Shown here: in pieces, positions 42,982 to 56,991 of the stretch | How positions within the stretch are numbered: the first letter of the stretch is position 1 | Layout of the letters: each line of letters begins with the position of its first letter | DNA from: the human T2T-CHM13v2.0 reference genome, Homo sapiens | Length of the DNA: 64,000 bases | Assembly (NCBI RefSeq): GCF_009914755.1 | Contig: NC_060931.1 | Direction: 5' to 3' (one strand) | Notes under the pieces: model-generated | The model's database searches: none | What the model saw: only the letters and a program-made list of their open reading frames with translations | Told to the model about the DNA's origin: nothing | Translations under genes and position numbers: made by a program

Positions 42982-45183
42982 AAACAAAAAGAGAATGTTA
43001 TTTTTTAGCGGTTGACCTGGAAATTCTGGTTAACATCCTAATTTAAGATAATCCAGTTCAGATTTATACCAATTTAATTTTAACAATACAGAAAAACTTT
43101 GTTCCAATATATCTCTATTTCTCCCTTCCTTTCTACTATTACTGTCATACAAATCGCACTCTATGTATTATAAACCCATCAGCACAGTTTTATAGTTTTG
43201 TATTATGCAGTTTCCGTTAAATCCTGTAGAAAAAAAATTAAATACTCTCTTTTATATTTACCTATGTAGTCACCTCTAATGGCATTCTTTATTTGATTAA
43301 TGTCCGCTTATTTCAGCCTAGAGGAGTCCGTTTAGTATTTTTATGTAGGGCATATCTGCTAGTAATGAATTCTGTTAATTTTTATTTACTTGGTAATGTC
43401 TTAATTTCTCCCTTGTGTTGCAACAACAGTTTTGTTGCATGTAGTTAACATACATGTTGATTTATAGTTTATTCTTTCACCAGTTTGAATATGTTCTGTC
43501 CTTAGTGGTTTTGATGATGAATCAGCTATTTTATTGATGCTCTCTTGTATATAATGAGTTATTTTTCTCTTGCTGCTTTCAAAATTTTCTGTCTTTCCAC
43601 ATTTCACTATGATGTGTCCACATATGAATTTCTTTCACTTTATCCTGCTTGAAGTTTATTGAATTTCTTGGATGTACAGATTAATGTTTTCATTAAATTT
43701 GGAAATGTTTTGGCTATTATTCTTCAAATATTCATTCAGCCCCTTTTTCCTGTTTCCTTCCAGGACTATAATCTTTGGCATGTTAGTACACTTAGTAGCG
43801 TTCCACACATCTCTGAGACTCATTTTTCTCCACTCTTTTTCCTTTCTGTTCCTTGGACTAAATAATGTCAAATGTTTTGTCCTCAAATTCATTTATTCTT
43901 TCTTCTGCCAGTTCGATCTGCTGTTGAACTCCTGCAGGAATTTTTCATTACAGTTATTGTATTTCTCAATTCTAGTATTCTAGTTCCTTCTTTTTGATGC
44001 TTTTTTATTGGTATTCTTTAATTAGAAGTGATTGTTATACTTTTATTTTTCTTTAGACTTTCTTTTTTTAGTTCTTTGAACATTTATAATAGCTGGTTTA
44101 AAGTCTTTCTGTAATAAGTCCAACCTCAGGGCTTTCACAAAGACAGTTTATATTGCTTACTTTATGTGTCGTCAAATAAACTTCCCTGTTTTTTTGCATA
44201 TCTCATTTTTTGTTGTTGCTATTGTTTTTGTTGAAAACTGGATGCATTTATGATAACATAATATAGCAAGTCTGAAAAATTGTATTTTCTCCTTGCCCCA
44301 GTTTGTTATTGCTGTTTGTTTCTGTGGTTATCATTGTTGCTGTTTGTCAAGTGACTTTCTTAAACTTATTCTGCAAAGTCTGTATTCTCTGTCATGTGTG
44401 GCCAGTGACTCTGCTCGGTTAGTTCAATGGTCAGCTATTGACTGGATAGAGATTTCCGTAAATGTCTTGAACCAGTACGACTCCCAACCTTTGCCAAAGG
44501 GCTCTGTATGAGGGGCATGTTTTCAAAATTTCAGTGGGAAGTTTACAACCCTGCTTATCCTTCACTTTCGGATTGCACAGAGCCTCAAGGTTAGCCAGCA
44601 ATAAGAGTTTTGAGCCTTCTTAGGTGTTTCTTGGGCATGCGTGGTGCCTTGCACAGTTATGTGACCTTCTGGATCCCAGGGTTATGTAGGAGCTTCTCAA
44701 AGCCCCCTATAGACATCCTTAAATATTTTACTCAGTATCTTGTTAACTCCTGCTTTAATGCTGCTTCAAGTAGCTGCAATATTAAACAATTACCACTGAT
44801 AGTTTTTAACAAATGCACTGGGGTTAGGACAGAGTGACTCTGAGTGAGAGATAAATAATGACAAGTTCTGAGAGTGGAGCTTTTCAGCAAGCTGACAGAT
44901 AGGTAAAATAGTGACAGTACCCTGGGGATGGGACTTTTAGGGAGCTCTGAATCCATTCTTCTTTCTCTAGTGGCTTCTAGGTTGGTGGATTTCAAAGCTA
45001 CTATGATTGTTAAGCTATTGTTTTTTAAAACTATTGTAACACTGGGTAGAGAGGGACAAGATTAATGTAAGTTAAAATATCTCAAAGCTTGCTATTCTTA
45101 TTGAGATTCTCTTATTTTTTCTCAATACACACCTCAGATTTTTGCCTTCTTTTAACTTTGATAGCTCTGACAATGTTGACTTT

Positions 45184-45449
45184 TTACATTTTTTTTAATT
45201 TTTATTTTTAGAGATGATGTCTCACTTTGTCATGCAGGCTGGAGTGCAATGGTGGGATCATAGCTCAATGCAGCCTTGAACTTCTGGGCTCAGGCAACCC
45301 TTCTGCCTCAGCCTCCTATTTTATTTTTTGCAGAGATGGGGGTCTCACTTTATTGCCCAGTCTTGTCTCAAACTCCTGGCTTCAAGTGATTCTCCCACTT
45401 TGGCCTCCCAAAGTGCTGGGATTACAGGTGTGAGCCGCTGCTCTTGGCC
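45184..45449 (-). mobile_element. AluJ with internal ~40-bp deletion
   Basis: gatcatagctcaatgcagccttgaacttctgggctc (J-type); TSD tgacaatgttga at 45168-45179 and 45450-45461. Confidence 0.9.
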
Positions 45450-47059
45450 TGACAATGTTGATTTTGATAATTGTTGACAGAGTTCTTATTGCTTTATGGA
45501 GGAATGGCTTTTTGGAAGTCTTTACTCTACTGTTCTAGAAATTGTAAGTCCTTCAAAATCACTTTATATTATTTTTGCACTTATTTTATCAATTATTTAA
45601 GTGCTAGGAAAGCTCTTGAGGTTAAATCTTTCCTTGTGTTCTTAAATTTTTTCCTAAGATAATATATTTAAAAAATATACTCACTAGGTCAATGGATATT
45701 AATATTCTTGAATTTTTTATAATGCCCTGGCAATTTGCTTTCCACAAAGATTCTCTTCATTTACATTGTAGCCATTATTTGTAAAGGGGTATTCCCCTGC
45801 ATGCTTGACAACTCTAGATATTATAATATGTATTACTTTACTGTTATGAATTAGAAAATATTGAGTTCTAATTCCACCCTTTGTAAAAAAAATTAAATAA
45901 ACTGCTCTAACAGCTAAGATAATGGCCAAAAATATGTTCGAAATAGGAATTTTTTTCTAAAATAATCATTGTATCTTTTTTTGTTTAGAAATCTATACAC
46001 AATGCTAATTTCACTTTAAAAGCCTTAGAAAAATAAAGATAAACTATGAGGAGTTCTTAAATTCTGAGAGAGATTTTGGTTTATGTCTTCTTAAGGACTA
46101 GGTTTTACTGTGTATTAGTGAATCCCTAAAATTAGCTTGTATTTTTGGCTAGGTTTTAGTGGAAAGGAAACACCTTCCTAAACTCTATCATTTGCCAAAA
46201 GAGAGGAAGAATAATGATAAAACCAGAAAGCAGAGCCTATGCAAGCAATCAGAGCAAAATTTGATGTGTACTCCAGAAGTCAAAATTGCTAATTTTTTAT
46301 ATTCTCTCTTGGGTGAAGCTGCTGCTTCCAGGAGCAGGAGGTGCTTTTTAGGAAGCATATTGTGCTTAACTATCAATAGGCCAGTGGTTTGACAGTTGAG
46401 CTTTGCTTAGTCACCAGGAACCCTCAGGAGATAATGCTATTTTACTTGCAAACAGAGATGTTTCAGTTATGGACGTCTGTGTATTGTAGTTTATCTCTTC
46501 CTCTTTGCGATGCAATTTGAGAGAAGTTCATGAATTTGGTGGCCATAGTTTGATCTGTAGTGCAAATTAGCATAGCTATCAAAGCAATCAATCTGTGTTT
46601 TGATGTGACTGTTTTTCTCTACCAGAAGTGGAGAACAGGACAGAATGAAGGAGATTTGAGGAGCACGTCAGGCTAAATGTCTCTCATTCACCTATTTCAA
46701 AGTGGATCAGCCCCTCTCTGCCAATGCACCTTCCTAGTATAATTTTCTGAGAATCTTTTTCTGGCTTAGGTTAGAATTCAGTGAATGGCAGAATTCAATG
46801 AGTGAATGAGGGCAATAAGCCTTGCCTTCCCATAACTAATTCAATTGATTCCTTAACATCACTAAAATAAGATAAAATCATAGGACCTTAGCATTGAAAA
46901 GGACATTGAGATAATCTTAGTGATCTTGGGCAAGTTGCTTAATTGTAGATGAATTTTCTCATTTATGAAATGAGGGGATTGCGATAGGCAATGATTCTCA
47001 ACTTTTCCTGTACTTTGCTCTTAAGGGGCTTTGAATCTTTAGGCATATTGTATTAAAAT

Positions 47060-48540
47060 CAAAATTTTAATTTTATTTTTTAAGGGATTTCACATGCACA
47101 TGTACATTCCTAAGCTGCAAGATAATAAATGGTGAAAATACAGGCTTCTACTCACCAGTATTGCTTAGTCTCTTAAATTTCTCTGGAGGTAATCACAATT
47201 GACAGATTTTTCTGTATTCTCCCACAGATGGTCCATGCATTTACAGCCATAAGCATGCTCATTCCTATGACCTATCCTTATAAATGGTAGTATTCTATAT
47301 GTTCTGTTCTGTGTCATTTTTTCACTTAATTATACATCTTGGATGTTGTTCCAAATCAGTGTATATAAGAGCTGCCTCATTTTCTTAAATGGCTGCATGT
47401 TATTCCATTGATAGATACAGGATAATTTACTCATAGGTATAGGGGTAATTTATTTATGCATGTAAGTATACATTTTTCTAATTTTTTCTATTATAAACAA
47501 TTATATAATTAGTATAGATTTGAATCTGTTTCATTTCTGAATATATTTCTTTAGGATTAATCCTAGAACTAGAGTTATTGGATCAAAGAGCACATGTATG
47601 TTAATTGTTTTAGGGTACTGTGAAACTGCTCTTTTTGAAGGCTGCAGTGATATTCACCTCCATTGAGAGTGTATCAGGGTGCCTGATGGACCATACCCTT
47701 GTCAACACAGTATTTTTATTGTTTTTCTTGTCAGTTTTAATGGTGATAAATATTAAGTTATTTTAGTTTTAATTTGATTTTATCTTAATATTGAGTATAG
47801 TTTAATATCTTTTTATGTACAGATATTTATCAAATTTAAGAAGAAATTGATTGTAAGTCTCCTCTGGATTTTAAAATGTTAAAATATAACAATCAAAATG
47901 AGAACTAATGAAATATGGTACTTAAGTTATATGTATTTCCACTTTTGTGAAGAGTCTTTTGTTTCTTTCTCTACTGGGTTGTTGGTCTTTCATGTTGATT
48001 TCCAAGGGCTTTTATAAGCAAAGGAAATTGGCCTTTTGTGACATGTGTGACATTTCTCAATTTGTCACTGTTGATTCTGTAGTAGTATTTTCTCATGCAG
48101 ATATTTTAATTTTAAGTTGTTAAATTCATCCACTTTTCTTTAACACCTTCTGGATTTAGTGTCACTATTAGAAAGCCTTTCCCACTTTGAGATTAAAAAA
48201 AAATTTCCCAGTTTTTTTTCAATTATTTTGATGGTTTTACATTAATAATATGTGTCTCATCTTTTTATGATTTTCCAGAATTTTCCTGATATTTTTGAAG
48301 GAGGCCATGTTTGGACTTTCCATATAAATCAACATATCACCTAACAATAATAGTAATTTTTCCTTCTACTGTTATACGTTTTAATTCTTGTAAAACTGCT
48401 GGCTAGCCCCTCAAGAATGACATTCAATGTTACTGGTGTCTTTCTCAAGTTGTTCCTAACTTGAATGGCAATGTCCCAATGTTTCTCTATCATGCACGGG
48501 ACTGGCTTGGAGTTCATATAGATAGCATCTTGTTAGGGAA
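47060..48540 (-). mobile_element. Ancient L1M/L1ME fragments
   Basis: aaatggctgcatgttattccattg, ctagaactagagttattggatcaaag, ttttaattttaatttg-type L1 3' motifs. Confidence 0.6.
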
Positions 48541-48561
48541 GTATCCACTCAGCCCTACTTT

Positions 48562-48949
48562 CTTTTTTTTGTTTACTTTTTTTCTTTTTAATTATTATTT
48601 CTTTTGAGACAGGTCTCACTCTGTTGCTGAGGCTGCAGCACAGTAGTGCAATCATAGCTCACTGTAACATTGAACTCCTGGGCACAGGAGATCCTCCCAC
48701 CTCAGCCTCCTGAGTAGACACTGTGCCTGGCTAACTTTGTACATTTTTTGTAGAGATGGGGTCTCACTATGTTGCCCAGGCTAGTCTCAAATTCCTGGCC
48801 TCAAATGATCCTCCTGCCTTGACCTCTGAAAGTCCTGGGATTATAGGTGTGAGCTACTGTACCCAGTATTTTTTTTTAATTTTAGATGATCCTTCTACTT
48901 CAGCCTCCCAAGTAGCTGGGACTACAACCATGTGCCACCAAGCCCAGCT
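48562..48949 (-). mobile_element. AluJ plus an extra partial monomer (composite)
   Basis: Dimer ~48562-48867, T-rich spacer, partial arm ~48885-48949; whole unit flanked by tcagccctacttt/tcaaccctatttt. Confidence 0.8.
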
Positions 48950-50926
48950 TCAACCCTATTTTATTAAAAGTAAGATTAACATAGTAAGACAGAATTTTTG
49001 AATGTGTCTTTATTATTATACTTTTTCTTGATTGCATATTAGAATGTTCTGAGATTAGACCTTATTCTTTCTGAACTATTAGGGGCCACAAGATTAAATA
49101 ACCTTCATAAACCTACTCAGATTATGTTTTATGAGGGTGCTCTATTAGTGGAAGGGAGGACTTGCTTTTGGGGAAGAGTCTCCACTTGTTCTAGTAAGGA
49201 CCACCTTGGCAGTTGCATACAAGACTGGTGTATTGGCCTTATTGTCCACCTCAAAATGCAAGTAGCAGACTTAGCTGTTGGGGAATATCATTACTACACA
49301 TATAATAAAAACTAATGCTTAATATGAAAAATAAATATAATTATGGAAAAGAGTATCCTGTGGATAAAACCGTATAAATGTGAGAGAGAGGTGGCATTCT
49401 GCTGCTCTTTTGGAAGAGGGGAGGCATCCTTGGACAAAGGAAAGAGATATGATTTAGAAACAAAAAACTATTGTCAACTAAGGCTAAGATTTCCAAGTCT
49501 CCTCTTTTGGCTTGTTCAGCAAGTTTCAGGCTTTATCTCTAGACTTCTCAAAACATTTTTCTTCAACAGCATCACTTTGCTTGTGTCTCTAGGCTTGTAC
49601 TGTGATTCTGTGTTGACTAGCTACTTATTCATAAGAGCAAGAAAGTGACCGTCTTATATTTTTGTTGAAATAAGACAATGATAGAAGGAAGGTGACCTTC
49701 TAGGTAATTATGATGAGATACCATGTTTTTCCCAGCTTCCTCCTTCCTTATGCTGGTGTCAGTGGGTTAAACAATTACTTCTAGCTCCAAATACTTTTAT
49801 TTATCCACTATCCCTCATACATCTTATAAACCACACTCTCCTTCAAACCTGCCATGTCTTCTCACCTCCAGGACTCAGAACATGGGATGTCTTATGTTTC
49901 AAGTCATTTTCTTCTATTCCTTTTCTATTCCTTTTTGAAATTTAGCTCAGATGTCATCTCCTATGAAGTCTTTTCTGGTCACCCTAATGACTTACTCCTT
50001 CCTCTATATGTAGTTTGAGCATAGTTCATTATTAACACCTATCACATGGTTGTGTGATTATGTTTTTAGGAGTGTAGATGAGATAGTCAAAAGTAGACTT
50101 GTATGGTTTAACTTATTAATTTAGTTATACATACATATTTAAAATTACTTGTTGTATGAGATGATATTTAGGGAACATTGCCATTTTCCATTCTTATATT
50201 TTGTAAAACAATTTCATTCACCCTAATTATATGCAACTTTGTCATTAATCTTTGACATCACTTGTGCTACTCTTTGAATCATCAAATGTGATTTTCCAAA
50301 GTAAACCATCTTCATTTCCATTTAGATTGCTTGAGATCCAGTATTTTTTAAATCAGTGCATGATTGCTATTGTCACAAGTATCCACTGATATAACATTAG
50401 GGAGACTGGTTTTTCCTTTCACCTCTAGGGTTATATTCATGAGTTTCGTAATGTAACTACATGCTATACTACTTCTTAATATGATCTTTCAAAGGTTTGC
50501 GTGGGATGATATTCTACATTTATGAAATCTGAACTTTTGCTCCAGAAATAATTGTCATGTCCTTGTTAAATTTCTTTTCTTTTTTAATGATTCCATTGGG
50601 TGACTGTGCTTAGTGTTAATTGACATATATTCAGCCTAGCATGTTTTTCTGAAATAGTAATTTGGTGTTCGGAATTAAATAATTTAGAAAATGCCTTTTT
50701 AATTTGTGAGATTTGTGAATACTTGAATTTAAGAGGAATTTCCTTTTCTGAAGTTTAAGTTCTGGTTAAAAAACAAAAACCTCCTCAGTTTATTTTGGGC
50801 ATATATGGTGTTTTCTCTGAGAGTGGAATTTGTCTTAAGTTTATTTTTATACAGGCCATGATTCTAGTAAGGCTACCTATTAGAAAATAAGGAGATTACT
50901 GTAAGCAGCAACCTGGGATCTAGTTG

Positions 50927-51092
50927 CAATACTTCTTAGACTATAATGTGCCTATTAATCATCTGAGGATATTGTGAACTTGCAGATTCTGACTCAGTAG
51001 GTCTGGGGTGAGGCCCGAGATTCTGTATTTCTACCAAGTTTCCAGGTGTTATCAATGTTGCTGGTTCATAAGGCATACTTTGAGTAGCAAGG
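50927..51092. mobile_element. MER5A fossil
   Basis: gcagattctgactcagtaggtctggggtgaggcccgagattctgtatttcta...tactttgagtagcaagg. Confidence 0.85.
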
Positions 51093-51328
51093 ACGAGGAA
51101 TAATGCTGTATCTTTAAGAATTTATTAGAAACTTGTTTGGCTTCCTCTAAAGGTATCACTGGAAGGAAATAAAAAGCATATTTTGTATATGCAAAGTTTC
51201 ACAATACTCCACTGGGCTCACTCATCTTCATACCGCTGTCTATGGAAGATGAGTAAAAATTTCCATTAAAGGAAAACCTTTTAAACCAGAATGTAAATAG
51301 GCCTTTGCTGCTTTCAGTTGGTCAGGGC

Positions 51329-51385
51329 AAAAAAAAAAAAAAAAAAAAAGAAAAAAAAAGAAAGAAAAAAGAAACAAAGAAAGCA
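51329..51385. repeat. Poly(A)/A-rich tract
   Basis: A21 followed by GAn units. Confidence 0.85.
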
Positions 51386-52829
51386 AATTTACACTGTACC
51401 TTGAAATTCTTTTGAATTCTTTTGAATAAGAAGAACAAGCACATTCCAGAAACCTGTACCCATCTTAGAAAAGACCATTACTTTGCTAGGATGTTTACAT
51501 TGGAGATATGAAAAATGAAAGCCAAATTCAAATTGCAGCCCAGAATTCAGTGCTTGGGGTTTTTAAGCCAGTAATATTTTCCCTGTAAAATCTCCTTGGA
51601 AAGGCTTTCAGATTTGAGTCAGCTAGGGTGAACCCATTTTCCGAAATTTTGTTTCTGGAAGCATTTAATTGAAAAGAAAAATCCCAAGAATGCATCCAGA
51701 GTTGAATGTCATGCAGCAGTTGGGAAAGCCTCAAAATAGCAACAATGAGAATAAATGAAGCCAAATGAAATCTGCAAATTATTAAGATAAAATTGGTAAG
51801 GGGCATAGAAACTTAATAAGAAGGAAATAAGAGAAATCAGTTTTCCAATACAAACTCTATACCAAGAGATTGTACAAAGGAGAATAGGGAACAAGAAACT
51901 TCTGTAAGCTAAAAAGATAGCAGAGGCTAAAAGTTCACAGAGACTAGATGACTCTCATTTCAGTTTGATTTCCTATGAGGGATTTCATGTTTAAAAATCT
52001 CATTTAAATTGTAGTCTTCAATGCAACCTCTTACAACTTCTCACAAAAATAATCCCCCCAAACATCAAAGGATATACTCTCAAGAGTTCTGAAAACTGGG
52101 ATAGGTAGAAACCAAATGTTGGTATCCAGAAGGAATTGGCATTAATCATAGGGCAAATAGGTCTTAGTTAAGGAAACTGACTCACTTTTCAGTTTATCAC
52201 ATATTTAATTTTCCTTTATTTAAGCTGTCTGCCAAAAAAGAGCAGAAGATATTTAGTAATTCCTGTTCCTTTTCCTATTACCTGACACACACATACACAC
52301 AGAAAACCAGACACAATTTTTTTCTATACCCCTTCTTAGAGTGCAGTTGGGTGAGATGGAGAGGTATACACCATCTCAAAACCTGGGAAAAATAAAACCA
52401 AAGAAAATATCAATAATACTAATAGAAGAATTAAACCAGCATCAACCTATACCAACAAACTACTCATTTAATAATGACACCAAATCAAATGATTGAGGAA
52501 ATATGAACAACAAGCTTAGAAAAGACTCATGAAGGAAAATCAAATATATCAATTATAACCATAAATCTAATTGGGTTAAATAATTAAACAGTTGTCTTCA
52601 AAGACAATCTCAAATGGAATCAATGTGAAAACTCTAACCATCTGTTGTTTCTATGCGATATTAAAAAATATAAAAACTTACTAGCTCACATGTTTTTGAA
52701 AGGGCAGCATCTTTTGTGCCATTGTTTTGGCTGTCAGACTTCTGGAATCCCCAGATGTTTCAGCCCAGAAACCCTGGCTCAACAACAGGCAGACATTGCT
52801 GAAAAGACCCAAAGATCTAAAACTTGCAC

Positions 52830-53880
52830 GCAGAACATTGTGCTCAATCCCTTCTGGGCTCCAGCAGCCCCAGCTCATCTCTGCTTGATGCTTCTCAGGT
52901 GCCATAACTGAATCATGATCATACTCCACTAGCCCTGTTTCTCTAAAGTTCCCTGTCTCAGTCAGTGGCACAACTCTCCATTCTCTTTAAAGCCAGAGGC
53001 TTGGGAATTACATTTGGAACCTGATTCTTCTGTCCTGTCCCCCACTCACTGAGTCCTATAGAGTTTGTATCATCAGTATTTCTTGAATCTATGGCTCCTC
53101 AACTCTACTACTTCCATCCTAGATCAAGCTTCTATTGTCTCTCAGTTGATCTCCAGCGAAGGCGTCCTAACCAGTCTCCTTCTCTGTACTATAATTTATT
53201 TTATCTTTAAAATTTTAATAGTGAGAGCTTTTATTTTGCATTCTTTTTAAAAATAGCTCTCTTGAAATATAATTTACATATCATAAAATTCACTTGTTGT
53301 AAGTGTACAATTCCATGATTTTAAAAGTAAATTTAGAGTTGCGAAACCATTACCAAAATCCTACATTCCTTGAGGGTTGATCAGACATAAGTTTGATTTT
53401 CTAGGAAGACTCCATCACAGTTGGTCTCATGAGCTTCCATCAGGAGGCACCTAATGCCTGGTTGTACCTATTTTTGTGAGGGTTAAGTTTGATTTGTGGG
53501 TTCAGATGTTAGCATGACCCACCCATTTTAAGTTTCTCATCAACCTTCCCCCTATGAGTTATAGCAGCCATCAGTGGTTATTGCCTACAGACAGACTGAA
53601 ACTGCTATGAACTTTTCTCCTCTTTTTACCCAAAGAGCTTTTAAAAATGAAAATCTAATCATGTCCTTCTTCTGCTTAAAACATGTAAAGTCTTGCCATA
53701 GCTCCATCTTCTTTCCCTCACCACTTAATAAATATAGTTTTGTGGGATTCTTTCATTGCCTCTTCTCTGATTACTTTGCCCATCAGGGTAAGGACCCTCT
53801 CTGTAATTGCTCATCACTGAAAACCTAACAGTGCTGTGAAATACTAGAGCTCATTTACTACTTGTTGAATAGATGAAATC
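52830..53880 (+). mobile_element. LINE-2 fragments interrupted by an L1M-like piece (~53240-53590)
   Basis: ttccctgtctcagtcagtggcacaac...cctagatcaagct...tctaatcatgtccttcttctgcttaaaac...cttgttgaatagatgaa. Confidence 0.5.
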
Positions 53881-54924
53881 AGTGGATAAGCAATTAATTA
53901 AATGAAAGGATGATCATAGCACCTACAAAAAAGGCACATTGTGGGTTGCTGTTTTCTTCCCTCTTTAATGTGGGGACACATGGGAAAGGCAAGTAGAGGA
54001 GATCAACCCAAAAGGAGATGGTTTTGGAAGATTCTGGGTGTTTTTGACAGTGGGTCAGTGAGGTCAGAGATGTGGAGCAGCATAGAGAAGAGACAGCAGA
54101 GGAGAAACTTCCTTGAATGCATACTAAGGCATTAATACTAGAGCAAAGAGAGGAGAGATATCCTTCAAACAAGATGTCTGTGCCCTGTGAATGCATGCGA
54201 GGCCACCCTGTGTCCCATTTCAATGGCCTTGAAGGCATCATTGTGATGTGATAGATTCCAGCCTATCAAAGCAGCCCATTCATCCCTGTAGGTCTGTTGA
54301 GTCTTCTGGCCTTACTGTACGATACTGTGCCTGGCCAGGACCGTGGAGTGTGGAATTTCCTCCCCATCTGGGGAGATTCAGGCCCTGAAAACATCTATAG
54401 TATAAGAGTTCTTGTTTGGGCAACTTAAGATTTTATAGGAAATTGGGGAATTGAGGTTGTAAGTAAACCTTGGAAAGCCTTCATAAATATTTTTATATGT
54501 TCACTAAATAAAATAGTGAAGTCAGCACAATAGAGAGAATATCTGTATATTTACACACCTTTCATTAGGAAGAATAGGCATCAAATGATCCATTTTCTTT
54601 TATCACTAATTTTAACTTACTGGCATATTTTTAGTGTTTCCCTCGTTTTAAAAGGATGCTTACAAACTTGTTTTGTTTTCTTACCTGTAATATGCACACT
54701 CAGTAGGGTTTCTGCCCTCTGTGATGTCCCTTCTTCTAGGGGGGAGGCTGAATATTGAATACTCTTGTGATTTCATAATAAAGAGTCTCTCATTTCATGC
54801 TTCTTATGTCATGACTGGATGTATTCTGAAGATTCATCTAAATGTGGATTGAAATTCTTCTAGATAAAAGAACAAATATACCAAAGTAAAGGTGAGTCGA
54901 CTGTTACACAGAAGTTAAGAAAAC

Positions 54925-55130
54925 TGGATTCTGAAGCCACACTACCTGGGTTTGAATTCAAATTCCATCCCTCTTTTCCTGTGTGACCTTGGACAAGTTA
55001 CTTAACTGCCCTGTGCTTTTGCTTCCTCATCTGTAAAATAGAACAATAATAATAATACTTCACAGTGTTGAGTGAAGATCAGATGATTTGTTAAAAGCTC
55101 TTAGAAGAGTAACCTAATACGAAGTAAAAT
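54925..55130 (+). mobile_element. MIR
   Basis: ctgggtttgaattc...tgtgtgaccttggacaagttacttaac...ttcctcatctgtaaaatag. Confidence 0.85.
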
Positions 55131-55725
55131 GTATAAAAGTGAAAACTGTTAAGATTGATGTTATCAATGAAGTAAATCTATGCCTGTGAGAATTCCACCT
55201 ATTGGAATTTGAGGTTAGGGAGGGATGATTACTGTTCCTAATAGCTGGCATATACACATGGACACAAGCAACCCCACGGTTGCTGCCTGTGACAGAGCTT
55301 CCAACTTTCTATTGGTGAGATGAAAAGAGCAGAAAGCAACAAAGCTTGGTCAGTTGTAAAAGGGAAAATGCACATTCCCTATGCAGTTGAGCACATGAAA
55401 AACTTGATCTGTCAGAGAAATATCAGTTTTTCTTCATTGTCTGCTAATTCTGTCCAGAAAGGACATCTGTTGATGGAGCCCTCAAAACTGGAACAATGTT
55501 ATGGGACTGAATAATGTGGCGTATTTCCTGAATCTAGAGCTCCTGGACCTTGTTCTGAGCAATGTGGCTCACGCTGAGAGATCTGAGCGTGTGCCTCCAC
55601 CTCAGCCACAATGCTCCTGAAAAATAACATATGTTTTAGGAGCCTGTAGAGTAGCATTTTTGGAATCGTGACTTTGGTGCTTCATTCAAATAGGACATTG
55701 GAAAGCTAGTACAAAAGACAGATGG

Positions 55726-55790
55726 AGAAAGAGAGAGAGAGGAAGAGAGAGAGTGAGAGAGAGAGAGAGAGAGACTGAGAGAGAGAGAGA
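55726..55790. repeat. (GA)n microsatellite
   Basis: Direct inspection. Confidence 0.9.
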
Positions 55791-56991
55791 AGCACTGTCA
55801 GGTTTTAAGGCTTTTACAGAAAACTCCATCAGGACCACAGTCTATCCCCAATCCTATGTATTGTGCTGATGAAAACTTTTGGGTGGCATTTATCATTTAT
55901 CCCACGTATATTTTATCCTCTCTCCAGGAAAATAATGCGATGTTTGCCAATTACCTTACTGAAATAAAGAGACAGCACAGCTGCACAGCTCAAAGATCCT
56001 TTGATCCGTAGTAACTAACTATATGAAACAGTCTTGAGAGAGTTTGGGGCTGTGATTGGTTCTTGAATAATTCTTGCAAGTGCCCATAATCCCTTTACTT
56101 TCTTTCCCAAATGTTCAAATCTACCTGTGTAATGCAAGGCCTGAAAACTTTCTAAAGCAAATGGTTGAACTCAGTAGTCTGAAATTTCCAAAATTCACCT
56201 TTCCCTTCTCTTTTAAAATTAGGATAGTACTGATCCTTGGCCTGTCTCTGGCACTTTTTCAACTCTTTATGATTTCTCAGATTCTTGACTGCATTTTAAG
56301 ATCACACCTGCAACTTCTTTTTGTTCCTGGGGTGGAATTACTGAGTTTGAACCAATACTTGAATTTATTTTAAGTGATTGGATTGTCTTTTCATCACCTC
56401 ACCTGTATTGGATGTTAAGTTGTTCATAATATATCAACCACTGTGGTTCCTAATTTTACAGTTTTATTTGAGTAACGCCCTCATAGAAAACACTTCAGTT
56501 TGTTTTGTAACTGCCCTGACAAACCCATTTTTCCAACAGAAAAAACCTTTTTTTTGTGGGGGTGGAAGCAATGGGACCATTTATTGTTTAATACACATTT
56601 ATTGTAAACTTGGAATTTTCAGGTAAAATGTTGGTGTTAGTCAATGTTGTTGTTGTTTTATTAGAAGGAACACAAATCAACTTAGTTTTAAATCAGAAAT
56701 CAACTTGATATTGAACCCAGAAGGAATTTGGGGGACATTACTGAGTTTGGGTGAAGCATGGCCTCTTTAGAAACTGGAACCAGGAATTGGAAAATTGTCA
56801 GCATTTTCCTGGAAGGCCAGTCACTCCAGATGGCTTTTTTGTTGACTATGCTGGTTCTGTAGAGTGAGTTAGGTAGTGGTCTCTGACGAAGACTGATCAT
56901 CTGAACTTGAGGAGAGTCTGGTTCGGTAGGTGTGTGGTGGCTTTCAGAATCCAGAAGTTTTAAAGTGCTGCCTTGTCATGCTAATGATGAG

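Larger units (their letters stand above)
40490..45540 (-). mobile_element. Old L1M element (~5 kb, degraded), interrupted by MER47A, a CA/TA microsatellite and an AluJ
   Basis: ORF2-like (aaatgcattttctgcatctattgagatgatc) through ORF1-like remnants (ORF-track 43656..43892 SLRDVWNATK) on the - strand. Confidence 0.8.
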
